Positions 10,874 to 24,454 of a stretch of 64,000 bases of DNA are shown piece by piece (positions within the stretch are counted from its first letter, which is position 1; every line of letters begins with the position of its first letter). Below the pieces are notes generated by a model that saw nothing but the letters and a program-made list of their open reading frames with translations, ran no database searches and had not been told where the DNA came from. The position numbers were made by a program, and so were the translations under genes. The stretch is from Alloascoidea hylecoeti (lineage: Eukaryota): the NCBI GenBank assembly GCA_001600815.1, contig BCKZ01000040.1:1-64000 (forward strand), in the 5' to 3' direction.

Positions 10874-13800
10874 GATTAAAAAAAAGGATTTGAAGAGAAA
10901 TTTGTAGAAGAAGGGAAAGTGGGGGATAATATGTAAAAGAAGTCAAAGTAGGAAACAAACGCAGATATATAAACAATATAATTATAAATTGATATACAAA
11001 TGTAGTATGAAAGGATTATGAAAGGTGTCAGACCTTATTCGTATAAAACAAGCACAAGCAGCAATCACAAATCTTAATCTTAAATTATCAAAGGTTAAAT
11101 TAACTAACACCTGAAAATTTATTTAATAGTCTTATTTATAAACCATCAATATTAATTAATACTAGTGCGTCTGAGATGCACAATGCCCGTAAAACTGCTT
11201 GTAATTAAATGAGAAGTGTATAAATTATATGTTAATGATATTATATTATTTTGTATATTGCCGTTCTGTCCAAGTCTGCTTCTGTTATTCAGCAGAAATC
11301 CCACAGAATGGCCGAACCTCAACTTTAAACATTAACGTTTCTATTGTTCCAAGCGGCTACAATACATGAGCGCCCTAGAGAAAAGGATCCAGAGATCGGA
11401 AGGTTGGAGTGGAAAGCTTAAGCTGCTTAAAATTTGTGACAATAAACCTTTTATCAATAATCACTATAATCCTGTACATTCGAGTTGATTCCGCCTAAAA
11501 TTAACCTCTAATTATAAGTTGATCGTTGTAATGGACTTACAAGGAGTGTGGAAGTTAAATGCGCAGTTACGAAGCATGGTCCCCGCGTGAAAGAAGTAAT
11601 ATCTGTCTATGCGCCTGTAGCATGCTTACCTAAACAGGAAATGGATGAATGTCATTGTTCACAATCTCAAAGTAACCATGCATGCTGCACTGCATATATT
11701 TCTAATATAATGTCATTCTGCAGCTGGTAATTGTGCATGGTCCTGATTGTCTCAAGTTGATACTTGCAATTTGGGCTTCCATGGTAAAACAATCATATTA
11801 ATAGCGTATTATTTGTCATGATATCATATGGCCATCGCGTGCAATCATCCCAAATCTACTAGTTTCATTCCATTTCTACTTAACTATCCATTTTCATTTT
11901 TAATTCCAATGACCAATCTTCAATCATCTGTAGCATAACATTCAGGCGTTCTATAGAATCAAGTGAATTCATTATATTTTTTATAAACTGTCTGGGAAAT
12001 ACCAATTTACCAATTTTTCTTTTATTAATATATTATGCTTCTATTCTGATTAGATACATATTATAATTCATATCAAATAATATAATATTATTAATATTAT
12101 ATTATTGCAGATTCAATGTTCCTTCTACCTACCTTGGTCTCATGAAAAATTTCTTCTATAATGCATAAAATTACCATGAACATAAGTAATTGGACCCATG
12201 AATATATGAAGATCAAGAAGTAAATAGCTTTCTTTTATTTACTAAATCTATATCGAGATAAACTGATAAATATATACCCTTCTTTAGATCTGTTCTTTCA
12301 AGTTCTCTGTACATTCCGTTACATATTCAAATATTATGAAATTCAATCTATTATCGTAAATTTGGATAAAATTGTTGAACAATATGCAAGTTTAACATCT
12401 TTTAAACAAGTTAAGAAAAAGCCAAAAGCCGATCACATCATAAATTCAAATTCAAATTCAAATTCAAATTCAAATACAAACACAATATTAATCATAAAAT
12501 GAAAAATAACCATTATATCAAAACCTCATGTTAAAAATGTATCAAACCTAAATTTATCGTACTGATCAGCTGACCATATATTTCATTTATAAAAGAGTAT
12601 TGTATCTATGACAACCCATACATTAAAGCAATAATAGAAACTTTTATAATTATTATTTGGTACCTGTACAATTAAATTATAATTGGGATATTTATAAATT
12701 AAGATTTTATGATTGATATGAGTTTGTGCCTGATTCACCCACCTCCCTCGGGTTTTTAATGTAATGCTATTATAATATCTATTGTAAATACATTCATGAA
12801 TAATTAAAGCTCGATTATCTTCTTTTTAATTAACCTTCTGTGAAAATTTTGGAAATTTGATTAAGAATGTAGTTAGCTATTCTACAGATTTAATCAGATA
12901 CTAAATTATAAAATCTGTTTCATCATTAATTTTGATTGGATGATTTAAACCGACCGCAAAATTCAATATTAATTTCATTTAAATTTTCAAATTTCAAATT
13001 CATTTAACTCGAGCTCGAGCTCATATAAATTCAGTATTAATACAATTACAATATGAAAAAGTAATTTTTTAATAGTTGCATGCAACTTGTAATCAATCTA
13101 TATCGATATCTAATAACTATATCTGGAATTATGGATCTATCCTTAATGATCATCTGTTTATTATTTATATTATGTTCCAGATATCGATTACTCCATGATA
13201 TATTTTTAACAGCTTTAGGCTATAATCATGTTAAAATTATGCTGATCAAATTTCCCAATTTTCTCTTTCAAATTGCAATTGTAATTTCATATTTTTTAAT
13301 TTATTATTTTGATATCGTCGGCTTTATCCCGATTCAATTCAATAACAAATATAATCAAGATTCAAGATGATGATATATTGTTATAATTATTATTATTTTA
13401 TTAAATACCATAAGATTCAGTTTAATCAATGATAAAACTTAAAAAATTTCCTGAATATTGAATTCGAGAGATTAATTACATCTAAAAATATCAATTATTA
13501 TTTCTAGAAATTTATAATATCCAAATCTAAACGTATTATTCAATATTCAATACCTCATTATAATTAAGAATTGCATTTTTATTACAATTACAATTACAAT
13601 TACAATTACAATTTGTAACAAATACTAACAATGTAGAATCATTGTAGATAACAACCTCCTATCTCCACCTAATTTATTAAATTTCCCCCTTTTTCCACCT
13701 TTCAAATGGATCTAAAATCCTATAATACCCAATATTACAAACAAATTGTAACAGGCGTAAATGTGTTATATGATTAAGATCTACAATATAAAACAATGAA

Positions 13801-16800
13801 AAAGCACCCATTCATTAATATTTAAGTATAACGTTAACGTTATGTTAAACGGTTTCTTGAAGTTTGAATCTTAATTTGTTTTAATTTTTGACTGATTTTG
13901 TGGATCGGCATACATGCACCTGTTGCTGTAATTAATATTATAATTAAGGTTTGTTTCGAACTTACAATTCTCACAGAATTAATTCTGTAGAACTTATTAA
14001 AAAATTTGTGGATGTATTGCAGTATTTAATGTCCCGGGCCAATATATATAAAAAAAAGTTTTTCAATTGTCAATTTATCAACTGGTTAAATTAAAATTAA
14101 ACCTTAACAAGTTATTGTTGAAACCCGCCGTACAGTACTATAAATTCCAAATTTGAAAGCCACTTGATCATGATCATGACTTGACAGAAAACAAGACTTG
14201 TTAAAAAACCATAAAAATCTCGGACAGGATGATAAAATAAAATATAAGTTATATATTGTTGATTGATCATTCAAGGTTCAATTCGCAATTGTATTTAACG
14301 AACTAACATGCACGTGCTTAGCCCGAAGGCTTATAATAAATGATACCGATACCGGAGTGCTATTATATTTATCGGTTATTGTAACCAATTGAAATTGAAA
14401 TGTATACTTTTCAATATTATTAATTGAGGCTTGGAAAGGCAAAGCATGAATTCCTCTTCTAATAAATGAATACAAATTTTTTATTTATAAGCTTTAATAC
14501 ACACGTTTGGTGAATATGCCAAGTGCAAGCTTAAACTTAAGCTTAAAAGAATTGAAAACTCCTAATGAACGTACCTTAAAATGAAGAAAGAACGACGTAT
14601 TTAGTTTTTACTCTTTTTGATCATAATGCATGGGCATAACAATTGGAATTGATTGATCTGCTTAGTTTTAACCAATTAAATGCTCTAAACATATCTTGAA
14701 CAATAGAAAATTTATTAATCTAATTTTCATATAAAATTATAATAAGGATGAAAAAAAAAAGAGGGAGATATCACACCAAATTATAATAATATAAAACATT
14801 TACAAAAAGTTAATATTCCAATTGCTAGTTGCTGGAAGAAACGCCTGCATTATATTGTTTTATATATATATCTATACTTTATTAATAGATAAACAAAACA
14901 TAATTAAGACCTATGAAATCTCAAATCTGACGATTCTAGAAACTCAAACTGCATTAAAATAAAATAGATTTATTCATAAAATAATAATAATAAATTGTTC
15001 AGCCAATTAGGAAGCCAGCGATAGCCGTACGTTTAAAACTTTATATTGTTATTATTTATTACAAGGCGAGATTTCTAACTTCAAATAGCACCTCGTCTTT
15101 CAATCAAATCCATGTTTAGTGCTATTTAATTATACTAATACATGTCTATTTTATTGCATCAAAATTTAACCATATTTTTTAACGAAAAAGGAATATATTA
15201 ATATTAATATACCAATTTAACAGCAGTTTTATAATACCATATAATGAACTTAAGTGGTACGATTCTTGCAATTGGAGTCAATATAAGCCTTTTATAAACC
15301 AAGATATAACATAATTATAATTCATTTTATCGTTGTTTAACAAAATATACGAAGATTGAGGGATGAATAATGTATTGTTCAAAATTACCCCATAGGCCTA
15401 GCTAGTAAAAGTAAAAGAGAATCAAAATATAATAATGTCACTACAGACTTACATATAATAATAGATTTATATGCATTGCGTTTGTAAGCGTGTGCTGATC
15501 ATTAACAGCGGGTAATTTGATTATTATACAGATACACGTGAAGTAAAATGTTTTTATGTGTTTTATGAATTATAATCAGTTCTTCAGAATTTCCATTTTT
15601 ACAATCAAAACAACGTAGTTAGAACTTAGTAGTTACTAGTTACTAATTTGGGTTTCCATCAATCACAAACGATAATTCAACATGAACGGAGTTTATCGAA
15701 TCAATATGTTACGCAGAATTTGTAACACACATTTTTATATTGTCGCTAGAGATTTATCAATAAAAAGATGCTTGCAAAAAGCAATTCCTAATCCGGCTGG
15801 CTTGTAAAAGTGACCTCCAGCATGTTTGATCTCAAGCATTTACTAATAATATATATATATATATGTTTGTGGTCATTAATCACTCGAGCCTAATCAGTGA
15901 TTCACCAGCATTAGGAAAATATACCATATGCATATGACTAGTATCTTAATACCTAATTACAATTATAATTGTCTTTTGTTTATGGTAATATATAAAGTTA
16001 TTATAAACAGCTTTCTAATTGTAATCTGTTACAATATTTTAAATTGTTGTGAAATGTTTTGAAGTTTGCATGAAATTGCACAGAAATACAAAATAATTAA
16101 GTATAGCGCTGACTAGTTGATGTTAGATATCTATTATCTATTATCTAGTATGTATTGTATGGTAAATTAGTAATATCCTATGAATCTAGATCCAGATTCC
16201 AGATCCAGGGCGGAATAATGTATGATTGGGGGGTTTTGTTATGGACGTTAACGCTTTTTATTGTTCTGTATCAATATTGTTAAATATAACATTGTATGTA
16301 TGAGCATTGGGCATATGATCATAAAACATAAAATATATAATAAAATGTTATAAATTTTATAAAACAATTTGGTACACTCATGAATCATGAATCATGAATC
16401 ATGATCAGTAAGCAGATTCCACATATAATAATTGCAATAAATGTCTGTATATTTGGCTTATTGCATTCTTCCTCTTTAATTCTTCAATCTGCCTCTTCAT
16501 GATCCTTATTAATTAATTCTAAACAACCATATTTTTTTATTTGTATTTATTGCAGTTAAACGTATTAGAATCCCAATTACAAGGATTTAACAAAATCAAA
16601 TACCAATTTATTAATAATCGATATCAACTACATTGTAAAAAGCTAACTTTTAAATTGTATGTTAAATTATTAATAGATTATGTTATATATAGACTCACAG
16701 CCTCATATCGCAGGTATCACAACAATAGCTAGCAATAGCTAGCAAGTGTATTTCTGGCATATTTAATTACAATTGTATAGTCTAAAACAGGCACCTTGTT

Positions 16801-19800
16801 CTTTAATTTTGGATAAGGATTCATGACCATGCATGAATATCTCTATAAATAGCTAGCTATATCAACTCAATACAAATTCTACAATGCAGAATAACCAAAA
16901 TTCTTATCTTTTCAGAACCTGTCGCAAAACTTAGAGCTATTTACCAGAATCATGACTATTAGCTGCAGTTGCTATATGAGTGAACTGACTCCAGTTCACA
17001 CGTATTATGCAAAATTAGTAGAGCTTATTAGAGCTCGTGTGTGTGCGTGCCACGTGCAGTAACCATAAATAACTTAGGATTTCACCCTTTTAGTGTTTAT
17101 CATAGGATTTAGGGTATACTTGACTGCCTTCTTCGTGTATGTGTGTGTACATATGTCCAAAAGCAACAGAAGAGAAGTACTCTTTATTTTGCATAATATG
17201 CAAGAGTTTTAATATACGTGAACACTGTTATATGTGCTGTGCCATTCAACTACATAACTTAGCTATTAGCTGCCCCTCCCTTTCTCTAATTAGTTCTTCC
17301 ACAATATAGTTTCACTGTATCTGTAATATACATATTATAATTCAAGCTTATATTGTGGAGTCTGTGGACTGTGGACATGTTTATTACTGAGTGGAGTGGG
17401 GTCAATAATTATTCAACATCCATATCGATATTATGACACCTTTAGCGTATCACGTGCCAACATATGCAGTTTGAAAGGTGGCCGAAATTAAGAGTAATGG
17501 TTCCAATGTTAATTGTTCATGATCAACTCTGAGTCTGAACAGTTTATTATAATCATACATTTTTTGACTTAAATTTTATTAATATTGAAATTTTTAAAGA
17601 TCAATCAATGTCAATAATAATAATATTCAATATATGTAAATGGCGATCTATCAAAATGATACTTCTATAAATTGGAATCAAATTCATAATTATATATTAG
17701 CCGCCACCATTTATGACTAACCCCGGCTAATCAAATCAAAATATTGTATTATACATGCACATATTCATATTATTTCTAATAATGAATAATATCGATGTAA
17801 CTGTAAATGATCTAAAGATGTTCATGATCATTCATTAATATTTATTGTCTAATATTTATAACTGCATTTTTATAGTATGTAGACTCTAAATTTATATACA
17901 TGTATATTATAACTATGTAGCTGAAAAGATAATACTATAAACACCATCTTGTAATTAGGAATAATAATTAATATTGAGATTTCAATTGTATATTTCATAT
18001 CTCATTTCTAAGTTGATAATGGCATCGTTCACCAATTTGAGTGATAAAGATATGTACCGGTATAACTGTAACAATAATATTATTCCAATGCATGTCACAA
18101 AGTGCAATCACTAATCCAACTAAGGGTTCACCATGAAGCAATCAGAACATGTCAAGAATTATCGCAATATAATATAACCATATCACTCGATTAAATAGTA
18201 TTTAAATAGTGGAGTCCCCATTCTTTTGAGATCTAACCATCTTAGCATCAAAAAACCACACAAAAATAATTCCAATTCTAATTTGAAATATCTACTTTTG
18301 CGTATAGATTAATTAATTCGTTACATACGGTTTGTTTCCTAAGATTATAATTGAGAACTAAAAAGTCAACAAGAATTTAACTTTAACACTCCATAGTTTT
18401 AAAATGCCTGTATATGTTGTGTTATATAAATTTGAGACAGGTACGAGAATATACTTTCTTACTAATCGTAACTTCACAAGTTTGGAAACATTAAAACAAT
18501 AACACATATTGCTATATAATCCGCTTGGATGCAAAGCAAAATAAAATAGCCATATTTTAATTAACTGAAGATTTTTCAATCATTGTTGGCATTAACATCT
18601 CAAGATGTAACAATATAGGGTTAATAACTTAATCTCAGGCATCAAGTATCAACCAAACAATATAAATTATTATGTTAATGATTTTGAAACCAATATAAAT
18701 TAATCTACGAATAATTAACCTTACTTCATCAAATAAGCTTATACAATTAAGCTTATATTTTCTAAGACAAGACCTTTCCCTATCGAAATTAAAGGGAATT
18801 ATATAATTAATTAGTTCGGGTTAATAAACGCCGATCTAATCGGCGAAGGTTATATGGAGATTGGAGAGCATTAAGCGATCTAAATATGAACGTAAAATTT
18901 GAGGCAGTGGTTATGACTTTTAACTTATAATTAATATACAATTATAAAAACAATTGAAATCGATTTATATTTAGATTTTTACGGTCAATAATGCACCGAT
19001 TATATGGGTCATGGTGAACTCTAAACAAATTCACTATAGTAAATATTGATCATATGGCCATGATATACAAATCATATATTTAAATCCGATATTAAGATAT
19101 TATAGACTTTAGTGGAATATAAGCTTGCACTTTAATCGGACTAAATTTACTATAGCGCTAAATTATATTCGCATCAAACAAAAGATCTGGGCTCATCTAC
19201 AATAATATTGGTTAATATAAAAAACTCATAATTAACAATGAAATTGGATGAGATATATAATGTAAAAAGCAGGGTAAAAACGCAAGTGTTACATCTTAAA
19301 CTATACAATTGAAATATATATATAATCGATACTGATTAAGCTTTTATTTTATAACTTATACTGATCAGGAATCAATTGCTATTATGATGTGAGATACTAT
19401 ATATGTATCAACTATGATGTGACATACTTGCGTTTGTCTCATATCATGTATTCTCTAAATCCGGTCCAATTTCATTGTTTAATCAATCGTGATCATGATG
19501 TTCATTGTTCAATCATATTGTCTACGTATATTAAGACAAATTCTATTTTTTACTTAGTCACCATCTTGAAGTTGTGTAATTGTAATTATATCATAAAGAT
19601 GCCAACTGCAATTATATATTATTTAGTCCATATTATAGGATTTATAGGGGGAAAACGCCTAAATACTATTTGAGTTAATGCTCATGATCAAATAATATCC
19701 GAATCCTAGATCTTCGATTCACTTATTGTCTGGTTATTTCTTTAATTACAGCTAATAATAGCTATAGGAAGCCATCATGCACTAAGGTAAAGTAGCATTT

Positions 19801-19830
19801 TATTTACTCATAATAATCCAAACGGAAAAT
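10874..19830. promoter_or_regulatory. ~9 kb gene-free upstream region of the HMG factor with multiple ATTGTTC sites
   Basis: No credible CDS. ATTGTTC/GAACAAT at 11343, 11654, 12377, 14698, 14994, 15374, 16260, 17512, 19504. Confidence 0.5.
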
Positions 19831-19831
19831 T

Positions 19832-19904
19832 GGGCGTGTGGCGCAGTTGGTAGCGCGTTAGATTTGCATTCTAAAGGTCTCTGGTTCGATCCCTGACTCG
19901 TCCA
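19832..19904 (+). tRNA. tRNA-Ala (anticodon TGC), intronless
   Basis: Cloverleaf: acceptor GGGCGTG/CTCGTCC with the G3:U70 Ala determinant, D-arm GCGC/GCGC, anticodon stem TTAGA/TCTAA with loop TTTGCAT, GGTTCGATCC T-arm; T-run terminator at 19911. Confidence 0.97.
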
Positions 19905-20199
19905 TATAAATTTTTGTCAACACAAAGACAAAAATATTACATAAAATCACTACTTTTATACATATGACATCCTTTACTCGTATTAATTGAGTGAGAAGTT
20001 GGAAATGGTGACAATAATACTATAAAAAGTAACAACATTACTCAAAAAAGAGTGAACCTCTAACATTAGTAAGAGGCATTTTTGCCTAATAATAGGTCTT
20101 TTTATTTTCACAAATTTTTGGTTGTTATAAATATAGTATTTATAGATAAAGCAGTTTAATGTAGAGCCTTAATGGCCACTTAAAAAAACAAAAAAAAAT

Positions 20200-20949
20200 T
20201 TCATCCCATCACTTGATGAATATACAGCTTGTGAGGTGGTATCCAAATCTTCTCCTCTAGAATGTATCATATAATTAGAACTCATGATGATAAACCAATA
20301 GAAATCGGAGTGTTCAGAAGCAGCATCAAGATCAGCAAATGGATGATCAACCGATCATTCCTAATTGGCCAACTAGACAAATCAAATAACGCAGCACACA
20401 AGACTGGAAAGAATGGTGGCTGCTCTTACATATACAGGATCAATAGGAAAGAACCAGGGTCGGTAGATTTTATTCATACACACATCACTGGAGTATTACC
20501 TCAAGTGACCATAAAAATGATGATATGAATGAGTGTATTCTTTGCCTACAACCAATGATCGAAACAGAAGATCATGTTTTCAATAATTGCCTAACAAAAA
20601 CAACAATTCTCTTACACTTCTTAGGTAAAGATATAGGTTTGGATGACTTGATATGCCCAATGTACAAAGATACTAAAATAATTCAAAATCTAAGCCTAAT
20701 TTTAGAGATTTTATGGCAGATGCGAGTAAAAAGAAGATTCAACTCATTTGATCTCAAAATAGACTCAGATGCTATTGTTCATTCAGCAAATATTGAACGA
20801 CGGAAACTGATTCTTAGATATAAATAAATACAAAACAGACATTGTTGTACCGTCAAGGTATAACACTTTTAAATAATTCTATACTTACGTTTTAACCTTT
20901 TCATGGATTTTTTATAATTTATAATAAAATAATAAAATAAAATAAAAAA
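20200..20949 (+). mobile_element. 5'-truncated non-LTR retrotransposon (L1-clade-like) 3' end, frameshifted
   Basis: ORFs 20262-20528 and 20525-20827; CILC...ETEDHVFNNC matches the zf-RVT CCHC of LINE ORF2, followed by a W...R segment. A-rich tail 20921-20949; A-tract at 20182-20198. Confidence 0.75.
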
Positions 20950-21700
20950 CCCCCCGAGGATTCCATCCTTGGAATATTCTCTGTTTATAAAACACATAAG
21001 CCTTAGTGAGTAAAATGGCATACTTCTTTTTTTTTAACTTTACAGATATAATTTCCGATTAAAATATTTAACTAATTGAAATATTCTTAAAATTATTGAA
21101 TTGAGGAAATCACTCCAAGAGTATAAAACCTCTTCTTCTTCTTTATTTCTCTTCTTATTTGTTTTTATTATATCTCTTTTTCTTACCACCTTGTTTATTT
21201 TATTTTCATTTATGTTTTTGTTTTATAGTGTGTGTGTGTATGTTACCTTAAATATTTAAAAAATATGGTGTTCCTCCAAATTTAATACTTTTCCTAATTT
21301 CTAACACCTTTGAGATGAAAAGGCCTTTCTTTTTTATATTTGTTCCTTGTGTATCTATTATTAGATTTTTGATTCCTATAATTTTGTCTCCTAATATTTT
21401 TTTTGTAATATTCTGGTTATAACGCTTTAGTTATTGATTTAACAGGAGTCCTTATCAATTATCAAATTGGCGAATATGGAAAAACGACAATTAATTCAAA
21501 AATTCAAATAAAGTAGATGATCATGCTGGATATAATCTCAGACTTGGCTTTACCGCACAGGTAATTAAACTGTTATTATGTATATATAATTTTTTTATCC
21601 TCTTATAATTATACCCATTTTTTTTTTTTAATGGATGTATGGGTGTATAAGATTAACCTCTTTAGATTCTTTTTGCCTTCTTTTCTAAACATAAGTCAAA

Positions 21701-23095
21701 ATGCTGAATTTCACTCGGCTTACTACCAAAGCAACAGCCAAGTCTGTTTTTCAAGGATTCCGTAAACTTGCAACAGTTTCATCCCCTCTTAGAACCCGAA
21801 CAACAATCTTACCAAATGGTTTAACGGTAGCCACCGAATCTATCCCATTTTCAGAAACAGCAACAGTTGGTGTTTGGATAGATGCTGGATCTCGTGCGGA
21901 AAATGCCAAAAATAATGGAACTGCACATTTTCTTGAGCATTTAGCTTTTAAAGGTACTTCCAACCGATCACAATATGATTTAGAAATTGAGATTGAAAAT
22001 TTAGGTGCTCATTTAAATGCTTACACATCAAGAGAAAGTACAGTTTATTATGCAAAAGCTTTTAAAAATGATGTTCCTAAAGCTGTTGATATTCTAAGTG
22101 ACATTTTACAAAGGTCAGCTTTAAAAGATCGTTCTATTGAAAGAGAAAGAGATGTAATTATTAGAGAATCTGAAGAAGTTGATAAATTATATGATGAGGT
22201 TGTTTTTGATCATTTACATGCTGCTGCTTTTCAAGATCAAGCGTTAGGTAGAACAATATTAGGCCCAAGGGAGAATATTTTATCAATTAAACAAAACGAT
22301 TTAAAAAGTTATATAACTAAGAATTATACAGCAGATAGAATGGTTCTTGTTGGTGCTGGTGCAATTGATCATGAAGAGTTTGTTAAATTAGCCGAGGCTC
22401 AATTTTCTGGCTTGCCACTTTCCGAGAAACCAGTTCCTTTAGGATCACCTCGTGGAGCTTCACCTAAATTTATAGGTTCGGAAGTTCGGTTAACCGATGA
22501 CTCTTTGCCCGTTGCTTACATTGCAATAGCTGTCGAAGGTGTTTCCTGGGGCTCGGAAGATTATTTTACAGCTTTAATTGCTCAAGCATTAGTTGGAAAT
22601 TGGGATAGAACATTAGGTGGTGGATCCTTGAATGGACCTGGATTAATGAATGCTGTTGCAAGTAATAATTTAGCTAATTCATACATGTCATTTTCTACAT
22701 CTTATTCAGATAGTGGACTATGGGGAATATTTTTAACAACAGAAAATGTCCCTGGTCAAGGTGATTTAGTTAAATATTGTTTAGAAGAATGGAGAAAATT
22801 AAGTCAAGATGTTGATCCTGCAGCAGTTGAAAGGGCCAAAGCTCAATTAAAAGCATCATTATTACTTACTTTAGATGGCACAACACCAATTGCAGAAGAT
22901 ATAGGCCGTCAAATTGTTACCACTGGTCATAGATTATCACCAGAAGAAGTGTTTGATAAAGTTGATAAAATTACATCAGAGGATGTTGTTAAATGGGCTA
23001 AAAAGACACTTTATAATAAGGATATTACAATCACTGGGCTTGGACCTATTCAAGGATTACCGGACTATTCTTCGATCCGAAGTATGATGGCTTGA
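21701..23095 (+). CDS. MAS1: Mitochondrial processing peptidase beta subunit
   Basis: M16 peptidase with NGTAHFLEHLAFKGT inverted zincin motif and LNAYTSRE; basic N-terminal presequence. Confidence 0.95.
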   Translation: MLNFTRLTTKATAKSVFQGFRKLATVSSPLRTRTTILPNGLTVATESIPFSETATVGVWIDAGSRAENAKNNGTAHFLEHLAFKGTSNRSQYDLEIEIENLGAHLNAYTSRESTVYYAKAFKNDVPKAVDILSDILQRSALKDRSIERERDVIIRESEEVDKLYDEVVFDHLHAAAFQDQALGRTILGPRENILSIKQNDLKSYITKNYTADRMVLVGAGAIDHEEFVKLAEAQFSGLPLSEKPVPLGSPRGASPKFIGSEVRLTDDSLPVAYIAIAVEGVSWGSEDYFTALIAQALVGNWDRTLGGGSLNGPGLMNAVASNNLANSYMSFSTSYSDSGLWGIFLTTENVPGQGDLVKYCLEEWRKLSQDVDPAAVERAKAQLKASLLLTLDGTTPIAEDIGRQIVTTGHRLSPEEVFDKVDKITSEDVVKWAKKTLYNKDITITGLGPIQGLPDYSSIRSMMA

Positions 23096-23530
23096 TTAAC
23101 TTCACTGCTTATAAAATAATATATAGCTATAAACTTGTTTACGATTAATATATTGTTGTATAAATAAGTATTGCAATTACCATTCTACATTGTATATAAA
23201 TGACTAACATATTAATATTATCATCACTCACCTTATAAGTTATAAGTTTATACCTACATGTATAACTATGCGATGGTATGATAACTAATTAATTGTAATT
23301 GTATAAGTTATAATAAATTAATATGCAATTCTGTGTATTGTAACACAGCCTTAATTTAGCAAGGTCATTGTCTAATTATAAAATAAACACATTATAATAT
23401 CTTTACTATATAGTTCAACAAATAAACGCAAACTAATTATTAGATATACAAAAAAAGAATAAAGCAGCCATCATGAAATAAAAGAATCAATGAGTTATAG
23501 ATTATGTTATGCTTCCGGAAAAGTCCTTTT

Positions 23531-24231
23531 TCATTTCTTCTTTTTCTCCTTTTTAACTTTTTTCTTTGGAGTTTCTTCAGCAAGGGCATTATTAAGTTCA
23601 TCGGATAGGATTTCTTCAATAGGAGAAGAAGGAGTAGGAGTATCTCCAACAAGTTTGACCTCATCATTTTTAAATTTTAAATCCTGTAGATATGATTCCT
23701 TTGCAACTTTATAATCGGCCATTTCTTTTTCATATTTATCCTTCCATGGCTTTTTACCTTCTTCATCTAAGGAAGCCCAAAGCTTAGATATTTTTTGTGT
23801 AACTTCGGCATTTGTTAATGCCGTATAATTTTCATCATTTTCCTTATGTTCCCTATCTTCACGATGAAAGTTCCTTCTCATTTCAACAGAGAAGGCAAGG
23901 AACATAGTCAAAGGTTTTTTTGGAGCATTAGGATCCACTTTTATTTTAGGATCCTTACGTTTTCTTTTCGGTGCTTTCTTTTTTGAATCATTAGCTAATG
24001 AACTAGATTCTAAGCTAGTATCAGGAGTTATTCCTTCGATGCTGTTAAAGAACTTTATTGTAGCGACAGAGACTTCATTTGCTACTTTGGACAGTTCAGC
24101 CAAAGACGCGACCAGCTGGAAAAAAAGAGAAGTTAGTGAAAAGTTGAAACTTTTTAGGTGAAAGGTGGAAACGCGTCCTCTTCACTTACCGAATTTTTCG
24201 CGGCCAGCTTAAGCTTTAAATTGTCACCCAT
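23531..24231 (-). CDS. HMO1: HMG-box chromatin protein Hmo1, 208 aa; exons 24190-24231 and 23531-24115
   Basis: Intron 24116-24189 (GTAAGT...CACTAAC...CAG) gives MGDNLKLKLAAKNSLVASLAELSK; DPNAPKKPLTMF box B; lysine-rich tail. Confidence 0.9.
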
Positions 24232-24454
24232 TCTGTTGAAGTTGAAGCAGAGGAAAACGGGAAATTTGGAGGGTTGCTGCGCCCGTTCATCCCAGTGCTG
24301 AAGTATACGCACCACCGCACGTTTCAGAACAACCCAGTGGTGTTACCCGGCACAGAGCAAGATAACGAAAGTCCAAACCTCCAGGAAACTCTGGAAACCA
24401 AGTGGCGTACTCCTTTAATTGTGATCTTTGTAACCTTTTACCCTTTCATCAAAA

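Noticed and set aside
11548..19673. Short 60-96 aa ORFs in the gene desert
   Set aside because: No motifs, several non-ATG starts, and composition expected from AT-rich noise.
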